Source: a virus
Taxonomy: Duplodnaviria; Heunggongvirae; Uroviricota; Caudoviricetes
IMG/VR virus record: IMGVR_UViG_2639762884_000001
DNA length: 64,000 bases
Strand: one strand, 5' to 3'
Positions 27,701 to 36,275 of the stretch are shown one piece after another (the stretch's first letter is position 1; each line of letters begins with the position of its first letter). Below the pieces are notes generated by a model, which was not told the origin of the DNA, ran no database searches, and saw only the letters and a program-made list of their open reading frames with translations. A program made the position numbers and the translations under genes.

Positions 27701-28281
27701 ACGCAGTTAAAGCCTCACGTCCGTTTGAGATGAACCCCAAACGTTCGGCTGAGATTAACGTGCTCATGACACGGATGGCGGCTGAAATGGGCTTAGGTGA
27801 TGAACTAATCCGCCCCAGCATTGGTATTAAGCCGAAAATCATGATCATTCTGGACAATGCGAACGGCAATGATGCTCGAACCGGTTACTTTATGGAGAAC
27901 GGATACGACGATTTTAAGGCCAAGCTATTGACGGCTGGAGATTTACGCATGGGCGATCTGTATGTCACAGGCGTTTGCAAAAAGGTGAAAGACAAAGAAA
28001 AGGACTACACCAAAGACGAGATCGGCCAGTTCACCGACTTTATGCGTGAAGAGATCAATCTGGTACGTCCGACCTATGTGCTGACGTGTGGCAGCCGGGC
28101 GACGTCGCTCTTCAACAACAAGATCAAACCATCCGACCTGGTTGGACGCAAAGAGTATCTGCCGGAGCTGGATGTGACTGTTTTCTACGGATTTAACCCG
28201 AATATTTTGTACTTTCGCCCAGAGGAAGGCGAAAAGCTGGAAGCAATTCTTGCAGAGGTAGCGGAGACTATTAGCAAATGA
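24763..28281 (+). CDS. DNA polymerase III alpha-type catalytic subunit (DnaE family) with atypical C-terminal domain
   Basis: PHP-domain N-terminus; palm motif [48 protein letters not shown] closely matches bacterial DnaE; 1172 aa; conserved AAAAACACATG leader. Confidence 0.9.
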   Translation: [1172 protein letters not shown]

Positions 28282-28430
28282 ACAAAGAGAACACCATGAA
28301 GGTGGCCAGAGAGAAAAGAGTTTATGGAAGTAAACAAGATTGGCGATGTAAGACAGTACAGGCTGAAGTGCCAAACCAGAGTCTCGCTATCCAACATTCT
28401 TGGTAAGAAGGTCGCTTAATATAATAAACA

Positions 28431-28455
28431 GGCCCGTTATATAACGGGCCTTTTA
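28431..28455. terminator. bidirectional rho-independent terminator between convergent genes
   Basis: ggcccgtt atat aacgggcc with flanking A-run and T-run. Confidence 0.65.
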
Positions 28456-28456
28456 G

Positions 28457-29422
28457 TTAACAAATTCTATTATTAACTAGTATAGTATGGAGTTTATTAT
28501 TTATAGGGGAATACGGATCGAAATCACTCATCATGACACTATTTGATTCGCACGCCTGTTCAAAGGCATACATAATTATAGGCATATAGCGCTCATGACA
28601 TTTTTTAAGTGATTTAACTTCCTCTGATAGATACTCTAGTCGATTGTTACCTCTAATAGCCAATTCCACCTCATCATATGAGTACAACAAATCGTTTAAA
28701 TCACAGAAAAAATTAAAATTTGGTAGTCCATGTTTTAAATCCCCGTCCACAATTGTTTCTTCAAAGAATTCCCCTAATGCAGTAATGTTTCTCTCAATAC
28801 CTTCGCATCGTTCAATGATCTTCAGATCTTCACTAGATAGCCATAATCTAAGCCATTTCTCTCTATCCCTTGGAGATTTCAGATATTGGTCTTCGTTAAA
28901 TGTTACTGATGTACTTCCTGAGTTATTGTAATCCGCTGTACTTGATAACGATGCGATGGTTTGTTTGTCTAAATGCCGCCAGTAAATATCTGGCTCTTCA
29001 TGCTTATTATCTTCGTTTAGACAAATTAAAACGATCACTATAGGGAAATCGCATTCCCCCCAATACTTTAAATTTTTATAGGGGATCTGTACTCCTAGAC
29101 TACTACTCATTGTGCGTGAGGTGGTTTTTACCTGAACGCCAATAAACATACCGGTAGAAAGTTCATTTTCATAGATTTCAACCTGTGCATCCAACCCCAT
29201 ATCAATATCCAGCAGTCGACAAGGCCATTTGAAATAACGGGAAATCCAATAAGCAAATAAGTACTCACCAGCGTGTCCTTCTGCACTGGTCTTCGGATAT
29301 GTCATGCCTTCAGTTTTATTTTTTTCTGCTGCTGACCTCGCAGACTTAACTTTTGGGGGTGGGGACAGTTCTTTAGTCGGCACAGGCTTTTCTGCTTTTG
29401 CTTGATTGTTAGCTTTATTCAT
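28457..29422 (-). CDS. hypothetical protein with DUF4365-like (restriction-endonuclease-like fold) domain; candidate defence gene
   Basis: Opposite strand, AT-rich, terminator-bounded; Lys/Pro-rich N-tail then GEYLFAYWISRYFKWPCRLLDIDMGLDAQVEIYE...IGVQVKTT; domain assignment from memory. Confidence 0.5.
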   Translation of the reverse strand: MNKANNQAKAEKPVPTKELSPPPKVKSARSAAEKNKTEGMTYPKTSAEGHAGEYLFAYWISRYFKWPCRLLDIDMGLDAQVEIYENELSTGMFIGVQVKTTSRTMSSSLGVQIPYKNLKYWGECDFPIVIVLICLNEDNKHEEPDIYWRHLDKQTIASLSSTADYNNSGSTSVTFNEDQYLKSPRDREKWLRLWLSSEDLKIIERCEGIERNITALGEFFEETIVDGDLKHGLPNFNFFCDLNDLLYSYDEVELAIRGNNRLEYLSEEVKSLKKCHERYMPIIMYAFEQACESNSVMMSDFDPYSPINNKLHTILVNNRIC

Positions 29423-29565
29423 TGATTTTATTCTCACTTTGTTCTGTTCGCTTTATGCCCTGATTCTGCCCTTTAGCTCCCATACTGTCTACCGCTAATC
29501 ATAGCAGTAAAGCTCTTTTTATTTGATATAATCAAATACACAAAATTAAGTTGGAACCTATCAAA

Positions 29566-29997
29566 ATGAGTGCAGATATCTACGAAAAAATAATGTCCGA
29601 TCTTGAATTCGACCGCGACAATCTGGAGGAAGTCTGGCGTCAGCAACCGCGCTTGTTGATGGAGTATGGCTCAAAACTCGCTCATGCAGAAAGAAGTGTC
29701 GCAGAGGCAAAACTTAACCTTGAAGCTGTTGAAGCAAAGCTATACGACACAGAGCGTAAGAACTTGAGTATGAACGGCATTAAGTTCAACGAGTCTGTAC
29801 TGGACGCTAAGGTTAAAACAAACCCACAGTATCTATCTAAACGTCAGAAGTTGGATGACGCACGGCACATAGCAGACATATACAAACATGCTGTCGCCGC
29901 CTTTTCGCATCGCCGAGACATGATCGTTCAGGCGTCAAAGATGGCCATCGTTGAATTAAAGCGATTAGGCTCTGAACGCTTTATTACTCCCCGTTAA
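29566..29997 (+). CDS. UvsY-like recombination mediator (tentative)
   Basis: ~140-aa helical protein directly upstream of SSB/FEN/RecA-like genes; loose resemblance to T4 UvsY. Confidence 0.35.
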   Translation: MSADIYEKIMSDLEFDRDNLEEVWRQQPRLLMEYGSKLAHAERSVAEAKLNLEAVEAKLYDTERKNLSMNGIKFNESVLDAKVKTNPQYLSKRQKLDDARHIADIYKHAVAAFSHRRDMIVQASKMAIVELKRLGSERFITPR

Positions 29998-30001
29998 TTT
30001 T

Positions 30002-30030
30002 TGATAGATAATAAGTAAGTACTGATCTAT
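30002..30030. promoter_or_regulatory. GATAGATAATAAGTAAGTACTGATCTATC palindromic motif (family member)
   Basis: Between UvsY-like and SSB genes. Confidence 0.3.
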
Positions 30031-30114
30031 CATTTAACAGCTCGAAAGAGCCACGAATGAACGAAAGCCCAACGCGCATAGCGCCATCGGCCAAATCACA
30101 ACAAGGAGAAACAC

Positions 30115-31143
30115 ATGTCTAAGACATTACTTGATTTGCTTAACAAAACTCGTGAAGACATTGCCGCCAAACGTGGTAACAACGTTGATCTGACTCGCTT
30201 AAAAGACGGCGTTAACTATATCCGCATCTTCCCGAATAAAGACGACCCAAACGGTAAGTTCTTCCAGACTTTCGGTATGCACTACGTTAAGTATCAGAAC
30301 GAGGAAGGTAAAGAAGCAACCAACGCTTATATTTGTGAGCAACATACTCACGGTCGCGCTTGTCAGCTATGCGAAATGGTGATGGAAGGTCGCGCTCGTC
30401 ACAAGGGTAACAAAGCAATGGAAGAACGCATCGGTCAAATGCGTGCCACTCCTCGCTACCTGGTCAACGGCATTCTTTCTGCTCGTGAGGATTTCGCAGA
30501 TGCTGAGAAATGCCAGTTAATCGAGCTGCCGTCTACTGTATTCGATGATATCTGCAAAGCAATCACCGAAGACATCGCTGATGATATCGGCAATCCACTG
30601 AGCAAAGAGGAAGGCTACGCATTCCTGATTAAACGTACTGGCTCTGGTCGCGATACCAAATATGACGTCTCGCCTAAGCGTAAAGTCTACAAAGGCGATA
30701 TCGAAGATAAATTCTGGAACACCCAGCATGATCTGATCGCATACGCAAATCAGGCTGATGAAACTCGTCTTCTGTCGACAGTTCGCACTATGGGTCGTCT
30801 GATTGGCATCGCTGCACCAACTGCCGCAGCATCTGCACCAGCAATTTCCTCAACCGCGAAAACATCGGCTGCGGCACTACCTGGATTTGGCTCTGTCACT
30901 GGTCATACAGAAGGAGCGACGGCTGTAGCAACCGCGCACACACCGGCTTCTGAACCAACCAGTCTGGTTGATGAAGAAATCCTCCGTGCCGTTGAAACTG
31001 AATTTAAACCAGAGGCAAGTTCCGCTGCCGTTGCCGTATCAGTCAAAGAGTCTGAAGCAGTCGCAGCGACATCTGTAGCAACCGCATCTGCGACGGAAGA
31101 TGAAGGTCTGGATGACCTACTGAGAGAGCTGGACTCTCTGTAA
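30115..31143 (+). CDS. single-stranded DNA-binding protein (T4 gp32-like)
   Basis: His/Cys zinc-site-like cluster (EQHTHGRACQLCEM); Ala/Ser/Thr-rich linker; acidic C-terminal tail DEGLDDLLRELDSL. Confidence 0.6.
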   Translation: MSKTLLDLLNKTREDIAAKRGNNVDLTRLKDGVNYIRIFPNKDDPNGKFFQTFGMHYVKYQNEEGKEATNAYICEQHTHGRACQLCEMVMEGRARHKGNKAMEERIGQMRATPRYLVNGILSAREDFADAEKCQLIELPSTVFDDICKAITEDIADDIGNPLSKEEGYAFLIKRTGSGRDTKYDVSPKRKVYKGDIEDKFWNTQHDLIAYANQADETRLLSTVRTMGRLIGIAAPTAAASAPAISSTAKTSAAALPGFGSVTGHTEGATAVATAHTPASEPTSLVDEEILRAVETEFKPEASSAAVAVSVKESEAVAATSVATASATEDEGLDDLLRELDSL

Positions 31144-31160
31144 TCCCATTACGTGACCAG

Positions 31161-31188
31161 TAAGGCGTCTACGGACGCCTTACTTTTT
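31161..31188 (+). terminator. rho-independent terminator or attenuator between SSB and FEN
   Basis: taaggcgtc tacg gacgcctta followed by cttttt. Confidence 0.55.
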
Positions 31189-31203
31189 GGAAGGAATGTA
31201 CCG

Positions 31204-32148
31204 GTGAATTATCTCTTCGTAGATGGCAATAGCCTGGGTTATTACCACCAACAATCTGACAAATTGCACAACGGCGAAATGGAAGTACAGGCTGCTTTCG
31301 GCTTTGTTAAGAACGTCCGTCGTTATGCCTCCATCCTCCATGCCCGACCTATGATTCTTTGGGATGGATTTAGTGACAAGCGTCGCGACTTTTACCCGGA
31401 CTACAAAGCAAATCGCGACGACGATCCTGATATGAAAAAGATGAAGGAAGGCTTTGCTATCCAGAAGCCATACATCCTCAAAATGATGACCGCGCTTGGA
31501 GTTACCCAACTCATTGCAAAAGATGCAGAAGCGGATGATCTGGCCGGGCTGCTGGTATCCCGCATGGCACCGCAGCCAACCGTTGAACACATCTATCTGT
31601 TAACAGGCGATAGCGACTGGCTTCAGTTAGTTCGTGAAAACGTAAGCTGGGTAAGCCTGCGTGAAGACGCCAAAAACAAGCAGGTTAATTTTGAGCAATT
31701 TGCGGAGCTGACAGGATTCGCCACGCCTCGCGCATTTTTGGAAGCAAAAGCATTACAAGGCGATAACTCGGACAACATTAGCGGTGTTGGTGGCATTGGT
31801 GCTGGCGGTGCGAAAGAGCTGCTGCATGAATGGGGAAGTGTCGCAACGATGGTACGCGGCATCAACGACGGCTCAATCGTGGTTAATAAAGGGCGTCATA
31901 AGACCGCCTTCAACAAACTAGCGAAGAATGCCTTCAACGAGAAAACAGGCTGTCGAATGCTCGAAGCGTTCAAGAGAAACATCACGCTAATGAACCTGAT
32001 TGAGACGAAGTTTCCGCCTACCGAAATCGAAACAATCAAAGGCAATCGTGACGTGAAAGCATTCGAGCAACTGTGCTACGAGCTGAATTTCCGTTCGTTC
32101 CTTGAAGACCTTGAAGTGTTTGTTCTTCCATTCGAAAGGTATTGCTAA
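31204..32148 (+). CDS. 5'-3' exonuclease / flap endonuclease (FEN; T5 D15 / T4 RNase H class)
   Basis: Motifs YLFVDGNSLGY, DYKANRD, LTGDSDWLQL, GDNSDNISGVGGIG (H3TH); start moved to GTG 31204 with GGAAGG RBS because the terminator hairpin lies inside the table ORF 5' part. Confidence 0.8.
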   Translation: MNYLFVDGNSLGYYHQQSDKLHNGEMEVQAAFGFVKNVRRYASILHARPMILWDGFSDKRRDFYPDYKANRDDDPDMKKMKEGFAIQKPYILKMMTALGVTQLIAKDAEADDLAGLLVSRMAPQPTVEHIYLLTGDSDWLQLVRENVSWVSLREDAKNKQVNFEQFAELTGFATPRAFLEAKALQGDNSDNISGVGGIGAGGAKELLHEWGSVATMVRGINDGSIVVNKGRHKTAFNKLAKNAFNEKTGCRMLEAFKRNITLMNLIETKFPPTEIETIKGNRDVKAFEQLCYELNFRSFLEDLEVFVLPFERYC

Positions 32149-32414
32149 TGCTTAAATCGATTATCAATGGCGCTACAACCACCCCTGCCCAACTGGCAAA
32201 AGAGATTGTCTTTTATCACGGTGAGTACGCTGTCATCGCACTGCCGTCAATTCTAGGCGCTGCCGGAATGAAAGCGACAGATCGCGAGTTTGGATTAGTC
32301 AGCGAGCAGGTCGTAAAAATCCTCGCTCGTGTATCCAGACTCCTTAACCACGATGCGATTGTATTCGATGAATCCGCCGCTTTAAAACGAATCAACGAAA
32401 CAAAAGGAGCCTGA
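32148..32414 (+). CDS. hypothetical protein
   Basis: 88-aa ORF, ATG overlaps FEN stop. Confidence 0.45.
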   Translation: MLKSIINGATTTPAQLAKEIVFYHGEYAVIALPSILGAAGMKATDREFGLVSEQVVKILARVSRLLNHDAIVFDESAALKRINETKGA

Positions 32415-32416
32415 TC

Positions 32417-33490
32417 ATGGCAAAAGGAAAATCCGCACTGGCACTTGCTCTGAAAAAGAAAATCGGTAGCAACGACGAAATTCAGAAAGTAACTCATTGG
32501 ATTGATACAGGCTTTCCACCGTTAAACAAAGCTATTTCTGGTCGTTACGATGGCGGCTTCCCATGTGGTCGTATCGTCGAAGTATTCGGTCCTCCAAGTG
32601 CAGGGAAAACGTTCCTTGCAACAGCAGCGATGATCTCCGCTCAAAAACAAGATGGTCTGGCGGTATTCCTCGATCATGAAAACAGTTTTGACGTTGGCCT
32701 GGCTGTAGCCAATGGCCTGAACGCAGATGAGGATGACGGTCAGTGGGTATACAAGCAGCCAGATACCTTCGAAGACTCTGTAGAGTTGATCGGCACAATA
32801 CTTAAATTGGTTCGTGATGAAGAGCTTATCCCCGAATCAGCACCTATCTGTATCGTGGCTGACTCTCTTGCGTCTATGGTTCCGAACTCCAAAGCTGAGA
32901 AGTTCGAAAAGATGGCTGAAGGCACTGCCAAAGACAAAGATCAGCTAAACATGAACGACAATACGGCACTGGCTCGTGCGACGAGTGCGAACTTCCCTAC
33001 TCTGGCTTTGTGGGCACGCAAATACAACGCCTGCATCATCTTCTTGAATCAGGTTCGCACAAAAATCGGTGTAATGTTTGGCGACCCTACTACGTCGCCA
33101 GGTGGAGATTCACCGAAGTTCTACGCTTCTGTACGTATCCGTCTTGGTGCATCGGTGATGAAGGATGGTAAAGAGAAGATCGGCCAGGACGTAGGCGCAG
33201 AATGCATCAAAAACAAAGTTGCACCACCGTATGGCAAATGCACCTGGAAATTCTACTTCGATCCTACTCGTGGCCTCGACGTTATCGAATCGCTCGTCGA
33301 GTACATGCTGGAAGAAGGATACCTGCCAAAGAACGCCAGCGGGCGAGTTGAAATTGGTGACAAGAAATACACCAAATCGCAGATCGTCGAGATGTATCGG
33401 GAGAAGCCACTGGCTGAAATCATTGCGGCTTTGCAGGCAATCGACGACCGAAGAGCAAAAGACAACCCCACCGAGTCAGTAGAAGAGTAA
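32417..33490 (+). CDS. RecA/UvsX-family recombinase
   Basis: Walker A GPPSAGKTFLA inside RecA-like core; Walker B-like VFLDHE; 357 aa. Confidence 0.8.
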   Translation: MAKGKSALALALKKKIGSNDEIQKVTHWIDTGFPPLNKAISGRYDGGFPCGRIVEVFGPPSAGKTFLATAAMISAQKQDGLAVFLDHENSFDVGLAVANGLNADEDDGQWVYKQPDTFEDSVELIGTILKLVRDEELIPESAPICIVADSLASMVPNSKAEKFEKMAEGTAKDKDQLNMNDNTALARATSANFPTLALWARKYNACIIFLNQVRTKIGVMFGDPTTSPGGDSPKFYASVRIRLGASVMKDGKEKIGQDVGAECIKNKVAPPYGKCTWKFYFDPTRGLDVIESLVEYMLEEGYLPKNASGRVEIGDKKYTKSQIVEMYREKPLAEIIAALQAIDDRRAKDNPTESVEE

Positions 33491-33495
33491 ACACA

Positions 33496-33520
33496 AGGCG
33501 TCCACAGGACGCCTTTTTTA
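33496..33520 (+). terminator. rho-independent terminator
   Basis: aggcgtcc aca ggacgcct followed by ttttttat. Confidence 0.7.
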
Positions 33521-33532
33521 TCTCTTGAAAAT

Positions 33533-33551
33533 ATATAAGTGCTTACTTATT
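33533..33551. promoter_or_regulatory. ATATAAGTGCTTACTTATT motif (family member)
   Basis: Immediately after the terminator, ~30 nt upstream of gene 33583. Confidence 0.3.
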
Positions 33552-33582
33552 ATTTTCGCATAACAACCACATAGGAAAACAC

Positions 33583-33783
33583 ATGATCAAAATCTATCTA
33601 TTGGCAGTAGCCACAGGCCTTTCAGTGGCTCTCATCTACGGTTTACTGGTTCCGTCGCTGATTTCTACCAAGAGTGATTTAGCCGTCATGTTTGGAGTTA
33701 TCGTTGGTTTTGGTGCTCCTGTAATCGGTCTTATTGCTGGTCGTAAGTTTATCAACTCATTAATCAAAGCAAAGGGGAAATAA
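33583..33783 (+). CDS. small two-TM membrane protein
   Basis: 66 aa, two hydrophobic segments; directly precedes the SPFH gene. Confidence 0.5.
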   Translation: MIKIYLLAVATGLSVALIYGLLVPSLISTKSDLAVMFGVIVGFGAPVIGLIAGRKFINSLIKAKGK

Positions 33784-33786
33784 GTA

Positions 33787-34617
33787 ATGAAGAAAGGTTT
33801 ACTTGCAGTTGCTCTGGCGGCTATTTGCACAATGGGTCTTACTGGCTGCGATCGCGTGGAGCCTGGATACGTTGGCATCAAAGTAAACAAATTAGGTGAA
33901 GACAAAGGGATTGGTGAAGTGGTTGGCGTTGGTCGCCAATGGACAGGTCTTAACACCGAACTTTACGTATTCCCGACCTTCAAACAAATGAAGACCTACG
34001 ACGAGCCGTTCACATTCCAGATGAGTGACGGTACTGCTATTGGTCACAAAATTGGCGTTGCGTATCTGGTTAATCGTGACAAGGTAACGACGGTGTTCCA
34101 GACCTATCGCAAAGGCGTAGACGATATCACCGAATCAGATCTGCGTCAGAAAATTGCCGACTCTCTAAACCGTTTGGCCAGCCGTATGACCACTGACTCA
34201 TTTATCGACGGTGGTAAGGCACAATTGCTGGACAACGCACTGAAAGATATTCAGAAAGAGATGTCTCCGGTTGGTATTGAGGTACTGAGCCTGTCATGGG
34301 TTGGAAAGCCTGATTACCCAAAAACTGTCATTGAATCTATTAACGCCAAAGTAACGGCTAACCAGCGTACTCTGCAACGTCAGCAGGAAGTTGAACAACG
34401 TAAAGCTGAGGCGAATATGCTACGTGAACAGGCTAATGGTGAAGCTGATGCTATCCGTGCTCGTGCGCAAGCAGAAGCAGACGCCATTCGTCTGCGCGGT
34501 GAAGCTCTGCGTCAAAACCCGAACGTTATGGAACTGGAAGCCATCAATAAATGGAATGGCCAGTTACCGCAGTACATGACTCAAGGGGCTAACACTCCTT
34601 TCATTACAGTGAAATAA
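33787..34617 (+). CDS. SPFH/band-7 (stomatin/HflC-like) lipoprotein
   Basis: Lipobox LTGC in signal peptide; SPFH-like core; C-terminal coiled coil (QRTLQRQQEVEQRKAEANMLREQANGEADAIRARAQAEADAIRLRGEA). Confidence 0.65.
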   Translation: MKKGLLAVALAAICTMGLTGCDRVEPGYVGIKVNKLGEDKGIGEVVGVGRQWTGLNTELYVFPTFKQMKTYDEPFTFQMSDGTAIGHKIGVAYLVNRDKVTTVFQTYRKGVDDITESDLRQKIADSLNRLASRMTTDSFIDGGKAQLLDNALKDIQKEMSPVGIEVLSLSWVGKPDYPKTVIESINAKVTANQRTLQRQQEVEQRKAEANMLREQANGEADAIRARAQAEADAIRLRGEALRQNPNVMELEAINKWNGQLPQYMTQGANTPFITVK

Positions 34618-34633
34618 CTCCCCTAAAAAGTTC

Positions 34634-34660
34634 AGGCGTCCAGTTGGACGCCTTTTTTAT
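34634..34660 (+). terminator. rho-independent terminator
   Basis: aggcgtcca gt tggacgcct followed by tttttta. Confidence 0.7.
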
Positions 34661-34677
34661 CGCAATTATCTTATTAA

Positions 34678-34695
34678 GAAAACAATTTGTTTAAA
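34678..34695. promoter_or_regulatory. GAAAACAA-N-TTGTTT palindromic motif
   Basis: gaaaacaatttgtttaaa, 31 nt upstream of ATG 34709. Confidence 0.45.
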
Positions 34696-34708
34696 AGGAT
34701 AAGAAAAC

Positions 34709-35134
34709 ATGGCAGCTATTAAGAAACTCTACGATGCCGCAAACGTGGCTCTGGATGTTATTGATGATGAAGTAGCAAAAGGCTTTCCTGAACCTGATTG
34801 GGCGCATCAGCTACGAAACGCTATCGCAGAAATGACCCCACCAGATCCAACCCCCGACGAGACAGACTGGCAGCGATTCATCCGTATGTACGCTCAGGAA
34901 ATAGGTCCAACGCCAACGGCAGAGCAGGCAATGCTGCTGAAATACTTCAAAGAGGCGGGAGAGGATTTACCAATTGATGACTCAGCATATTGGTTCCACT
35001 GCGCATGGCGTAAGTATGACGTGATATTCACACAAGGCATGGGAAGCAAAGATATGGTTGTGTGGCATCTACTCCATATAGACACAGCCGTTGACAGAGT
35101 TATTGAACAGTTTTTCCCTAAACAAGAAGATTGA
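34709..35134 (+). CDS. hypothetical protein
   Basis: 141-aa ORF downstream of the palindromic motif. Confidence 0.5.
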   Translation: MAAIKKLYDAANVALDVIDDEVAKGFPEPDWAHQLRNAIAEMTPPDPTPDETDWQRFIRMYAQEIGPTPTAEQAMLLKYFKEAGEDLPIDDSAYWFHCAWRKYDVIFTQGMGSKDMVVWHLLHIDTAVDRVIEQFFPKQED

Positions 35135-35189
35135 TCGCCTATTCATAACTAACAAAATAAGTAAACACTAACCACAAAAGGAAAAACAC

Positions 35190-35465
35190 ATGAGAGTTTT
35201 AGTTCGAATCGTTACCAGCACTGTCTATGACGTGTTTCCGCTTTTTATGGTCAAAGCCGATGGCCTTAACGACGAAGAAACTGACGCGCTGATCCAGCGT
35301 ATTCTCGTTGAATATACAGGTCATGACGCTGATTCAGTGATGGTTGATGATGATGGTGTTTGTTGGCATAACGGCAACTGTTGGTACGTAGAAGAGACTC
35401 AACAAATCAGTGATGAAGATGCCGCACATCTTGAGCGTATTTTAAGCATCAGCACTTTTGAGTGA
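35190..35465 (+). CDS. hypothetical acidic protein
   Basis: 91-aa ORF with conserved AAAGGAAAAACACATG leader. Confidence 0.5.
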   Translation: MRVLVRIVTSTVYDVFPLFMVKADGLNDEETDALIQRILVEYTGHDADSVMVDDDGVCWHNGNCWYVEETQQISDEDAAHLERILSISTFE

Positions 35466-35504
35466 GTTTACAGTAAAATTTATATAAGTTAGTATCTACC
35501 TATC

Positions 35505-35684
35505 ATGAAGATTTTTATTGAATACTTGTTACTCATCGTTTCAATAGCTTTTGTCATCGACTGCATTTTCACCGGTGTCATTCGTAAAGTCTTTTCCCCG
35601 GTGAACGACGTAGTCATAAACGCTTTGGCTATCGTGCTCGTATTTAATTCAGCATTTGATGTAATCAAAGAGGTGGCAGCATGA
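35505..35684 (+). CDS. small membrane protein (~59 aa, not in ORF table; coordinates +/-1)
   Basis: MKIFIEYLLLIVSIAFVIDCIF...; stop overlaps next ATG. Confidence 0.3.
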   Translation: MKIFIEYLLLIVSIAFVIDCIFTGVIRKVFSPVNDVVINALAIVLVFNSAFDVIKEVAA

Positions 35685-36016
35685 AGGCCATCCCATTCGC
35701 GCTGTTGTTCCTTTCTTCGATCGTTGTGGCCGACACCACTGTTTATCAGTGTGAAATGTCTGTAGCCGACGTTAAGAATGGCGCTCTTACCGACGTCATA
35801 AAAGCACCATATGGCGCGATGGTCGTAGACAGCGGCGACCAGTTCTATGTTGTGCGAGACGATCGAGTATTGTCATCCCCATATCTCACAAACCGTAATG
35901 GCAAATTAACCGGCGTCGGAGAAGACCACTTCGTATACAACAAATACAAGGGCTTCTATGGCGTTCACGCTTCTCAGCAAAGCTACCTTTTCGATGACTG
36001 CAAGGAGGTTGGATAA
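35681..36016 (+). CDS. secreted hypothetical protein
   Basis: Signal peptide MKAIPFALLFLSSIVVA; AGAGGTGG RBS. Confidence 0.5.
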   Translation: MKAIPFALLFLSSIVVADTTVYQCEMSVADVKNGALTDVIKAPYGAMVVDSGDQFYVVRDDRVLSSPYLTNRNGKLTGVGEDHFVYNKYKGFYGVHASQQSYLFDDCKEVG

Positions 36017-36228
36017 TGGCATTAACACTGGCAGGTCTGGAAATCGAGAAAACAAGCGGATACTGGCGTGCTAAGGGTTTCAAGCAGCCTGGCATTCTTG
36101 AGCGTCTGGAACGTGAAGATGGGTATATCGTCCACCAGCGGCGTGAATGGCGTATGTACGATCCAGAAACAGGAAAACTGACTACAAAAGCCGGAACACT
36201 TTGGGGTCTGTTGAAGAAAATACACTAA
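36016..36228 (+). CDS. hypothetical protein
   Basis: 70-aa ORF, ATG overlaps upstream stop. Confidence 0.4.
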   Translation: MALTLAGLEIEKTSGYWRAKGFKQPGILERLEREDGYIVHQRREWRMYDPETGKLTTKAGTLWGLLKKIH

Positions 36229-36275
36229 ATGCAAACTGACTGCGGCACGTTCCGCAGTCATATTTCATAGTCGTC

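Noticed and set aside
25255-28397. Minus-strand ORFs inside the DnaE-type polymerase gene (e.g. 25591..26049, 27354..27869, 27943..28374)
   Set aside because: Fully embedded antisense in a strongly conserved gene; low-complexity products; typical shadow ORFs. The same applies to antisense ORFs inside nrdA, sbcC, the CobT-like gene and others.
28298-28405. 35-codon ORF between the polymerase stop and the terminator
   Set aside because: Too short, no RBS, lies in the 3' untranslated stretch before the bidirectional terminator.
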